This document shows, one piece after another, positions 61,740 to 64,000 of a DNA stretch of 64,000 nucleotides. Position 1 is the first letter of the stretch. Each line of letters starts with the position of its first letter. This DNA comes from Octopus sinensis (lineage: Eukaryota). Below the pieces are notes generated by a model, which worked only from the letters and a program-made list of their open reading frames with translations, had not been told where the DNA came from and searched no databases. Both the position numbers and the translations under genes were made by a program. The stretch spans positions 188,852,001 to 188,916,000 of the forward strand of contig NC_042997.1 of NCBI RefSeq assembly GCF_006345805.1, read 5' to 3'.

Positions 61740-62067
61740 TATATTGGTAATGCAACATAGCTAAATATAGAAATTAAAGTATTAAATAGCCGGGGATGGC
61801 TGAGACAAGAATTGTTTCATGATGATCAGCTGCCATTTGGGAATAGCAATGATGTTATTTTAGTTATTTATTGAAACAGTTGTTATACGGAAGATTGTTT
61901 TGATATTTATTTTACATTCTTACTTTAGAACATATTCATTATTATTTGTATTATTTCCTTAATGCTTTATTTTAATTTATGCAATTAAAAAGTGGTTAAA
62001 ATGCAAAATAGAAATGTTGAAGTATTGTCATGTAGTGGTTTATTCCAAAAAAAAAACAAAAAAACAT

Positions 62068-62241
62068 GTGCAAGCATGACTGTGTTGCAAGGAGCTTGCT
62101 TCCCAACCACATAGTTCTGGGTTCAGTCCCACTGCATGGTACCTTAGACAAGTGTCTTCAACTATAGCCTTGGGCTGCCCAAAGCCTTGTGAGTAGATTT
62201 AGTTGATGGAAACTGAAAGAAGGCTGTCATATGTATGAGTG

Positions 62242-62280
<39 letters not shown>

Positions 62281-62515
62281 ATGTATGTATGTATGTATGT
62301 ATGTATGTATGTGCGTTTGTGTGTGTTTGTTGATCCCCATCCATTGCTTGACAACTGGTGTTTGTGTATTTATGTCCCTATAACTAAGAGACTAATAAAA
62401 TAAGTACCAGACTTAAAAAAAAAAAACAAAAGTGCCAGGGTCTATTCATTTGACTAAAAATCCTTCAAGGCAGTACCCCAGTATGGTTGCAGTCTAATGA
62501 CTGAAACAAGTAAAA
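62068..62515 (+). mobile_element. SINE group A, old
   Basis: Diverged consensus match. Confidence 0.8.
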
Positions 62516-62874
62516 CTGTAGAACACTTTATATCTAGAAGTGTTCTACAGTTTTAAATCTATTATTAAGAAAGTTTATAATACAACATTGATGGCATCAA
62601 AAATACTTTTATGAAACTAAAAGATGTTATCATCTTGCATAGCATTCATTTAGCAATAATTCAAGAAGTGTCTTACTACCTCAAAAATAGAAAGCCTAGT
62701 ATTCAAAATCACGATAGGATCAGCCTAGACAGAACCTGCACAATGATGTGTGAGTGTGTAATAAGATAAATGTAAATACGTATATAAGAAATATCAAATA
62801 TGACATTAACAGGAACGAAACTGCAAACAGAAGCTTTCAAAATAAAAGGCAGCGACATGAAGCTCATTTAGTCT

Positions 62875-63317
62875 TTCAGTTGTTTCAGTCATTTGACTGC
62901 GCCCATGCTGGAGTACTGCCTTTAGTCAAGCAAATCGACCCTGGGACTTATTCTTTGTAAGCCTAGTACTTATTCTATCGGTCTCTTTTGCCGAACCACT
63001 AAGTTATGGGGACGTAAACATACCAGCATCGGTTGTCAAGCGATTTTGGGGGGACAAACACAGACACACAAACACATACACACACATACATATATACGGC
63101 GGGCTTCCTTCAGTTTCCGTCTACCAAATCCACTCACAAGGCTTTGGTCGGCCCGAGGCTATAGTAGAAGACACTTGCCTAAGGTACCACGCAGTGGGAC
63201 TGAACCCGGAACCATGTAGTTGGTAAGCAACTTACCACGCAGTGGGACTGAACCCGGAACCATGTAGTTGGTAAGCAACTTACCACACAGTCACTGCTTA
63301 CCACACAGCCACTCCTA
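62875..63317 (-). mobile_element. SINE group A with ~48-bp tandem duplication in the head
   Basis: TACCACGCAGTGGGACTGAACCCGGAACCATGTAGTTGGTAAGCAACT twice. Confidence 0.88.
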
Positions 63318-63410
63318 AACATATATATTTTTCTAACACAAATCTCACCGACCGTCCCACTAAAATACACACTCAACTCCCACCCTTTACCAGAGTATGA
63401 CACTGAGTAC

Positions 63411-64000
63411 GGATCTTTTTCTGTTTGGTTGCCAGCCTCAATTTTCTGTTCGAATTGATCCCATATTCAGTGTAATGATACACTTTCATAGACAGGCTAA
63501 TTAATGGCGTGAAAGTAATTTTCGATATATATCAATAAATAAATAGTTATTAGTAATTAAAGTTTGAAAATTTTGTTAATTTTAGCCAATCGTAAGCCAG
63601 GGACACATTCATGTCTGTTTCGAAAGTAACAAGCGGACACATAAGAATTCTTTTTTGTTATTGCCAAAGTAACAGTCTTTGAAAAGTTTGCGAGGAAGTA
63701 CGTTTTGACAGCAGTCTTGTTTGCTCGTTTCTTTTTGTCATTGAGCATCGAGGTGGTTGTGAGGTGTGCTAAAAATAACAGCTAAATATGATCTTTGCAA
63801 TAAATCTTTTAAATTAAAATTTATTTGCCAATATTTCGTTCAGAGATTTAAAACATATTACCGGAGACATAACACGTGTTGTTTACAAATATAGACAATA
63901 CGTACTATTTTCGGGATGTTGACGACAAAATGTGCAGTCACGCACAAAATGACAGCTTCCAAATCCTGTTTCCTGACTGGTTGTAAATGATCAAACTTTA
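63411..64000. mobile_element. Possible left end of another GGATCTTT-terminus element
   Basis: GGATCTTTTTCTGTTTG resembles the 55318 terminus; partner end not in the window. Confidence 0.3.

Overview
AT-rich, microsatellite-laden animal DNA made almost entirely of transposable elements. The SINE and RTE-LINE repertoire resembles an Octopus (coleoid cephalopod) genome; this is recognition from memory, not a database search. No host protein-coding gene can be supported, so the window is probably intronic or intergenic. It contains a young 5'-truncated RTE LINE whose open RT ORF carries a PHD-type C4HC3 finger inside the RT, about 12 further RTE 3' ends, three abundant tRNA-SINE groups, and hAT, Tc1/mariner, piggyBac-like, Merlin-like, Helitron, Gypsy, CR1, R4/Dong and Penelope remnants. 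The most unusual items are RNA-derived: (1) a tailless tRNA-Lys + U6(3' part) + U6(5' part) concatemer inside a dead transposase; (2) a U2 snRNA copy fused to an RTE 3' end; (3) a 376-bp TSD-flanked non-coding retroelement whose first base is the predicted cleavage site of an HDV-like ribozyme fold; (4) several minimal hammerhead motifs in Penelope-like repeats. Coordinates were counted by eye, and boundaries of degenerate repeats are approximate.
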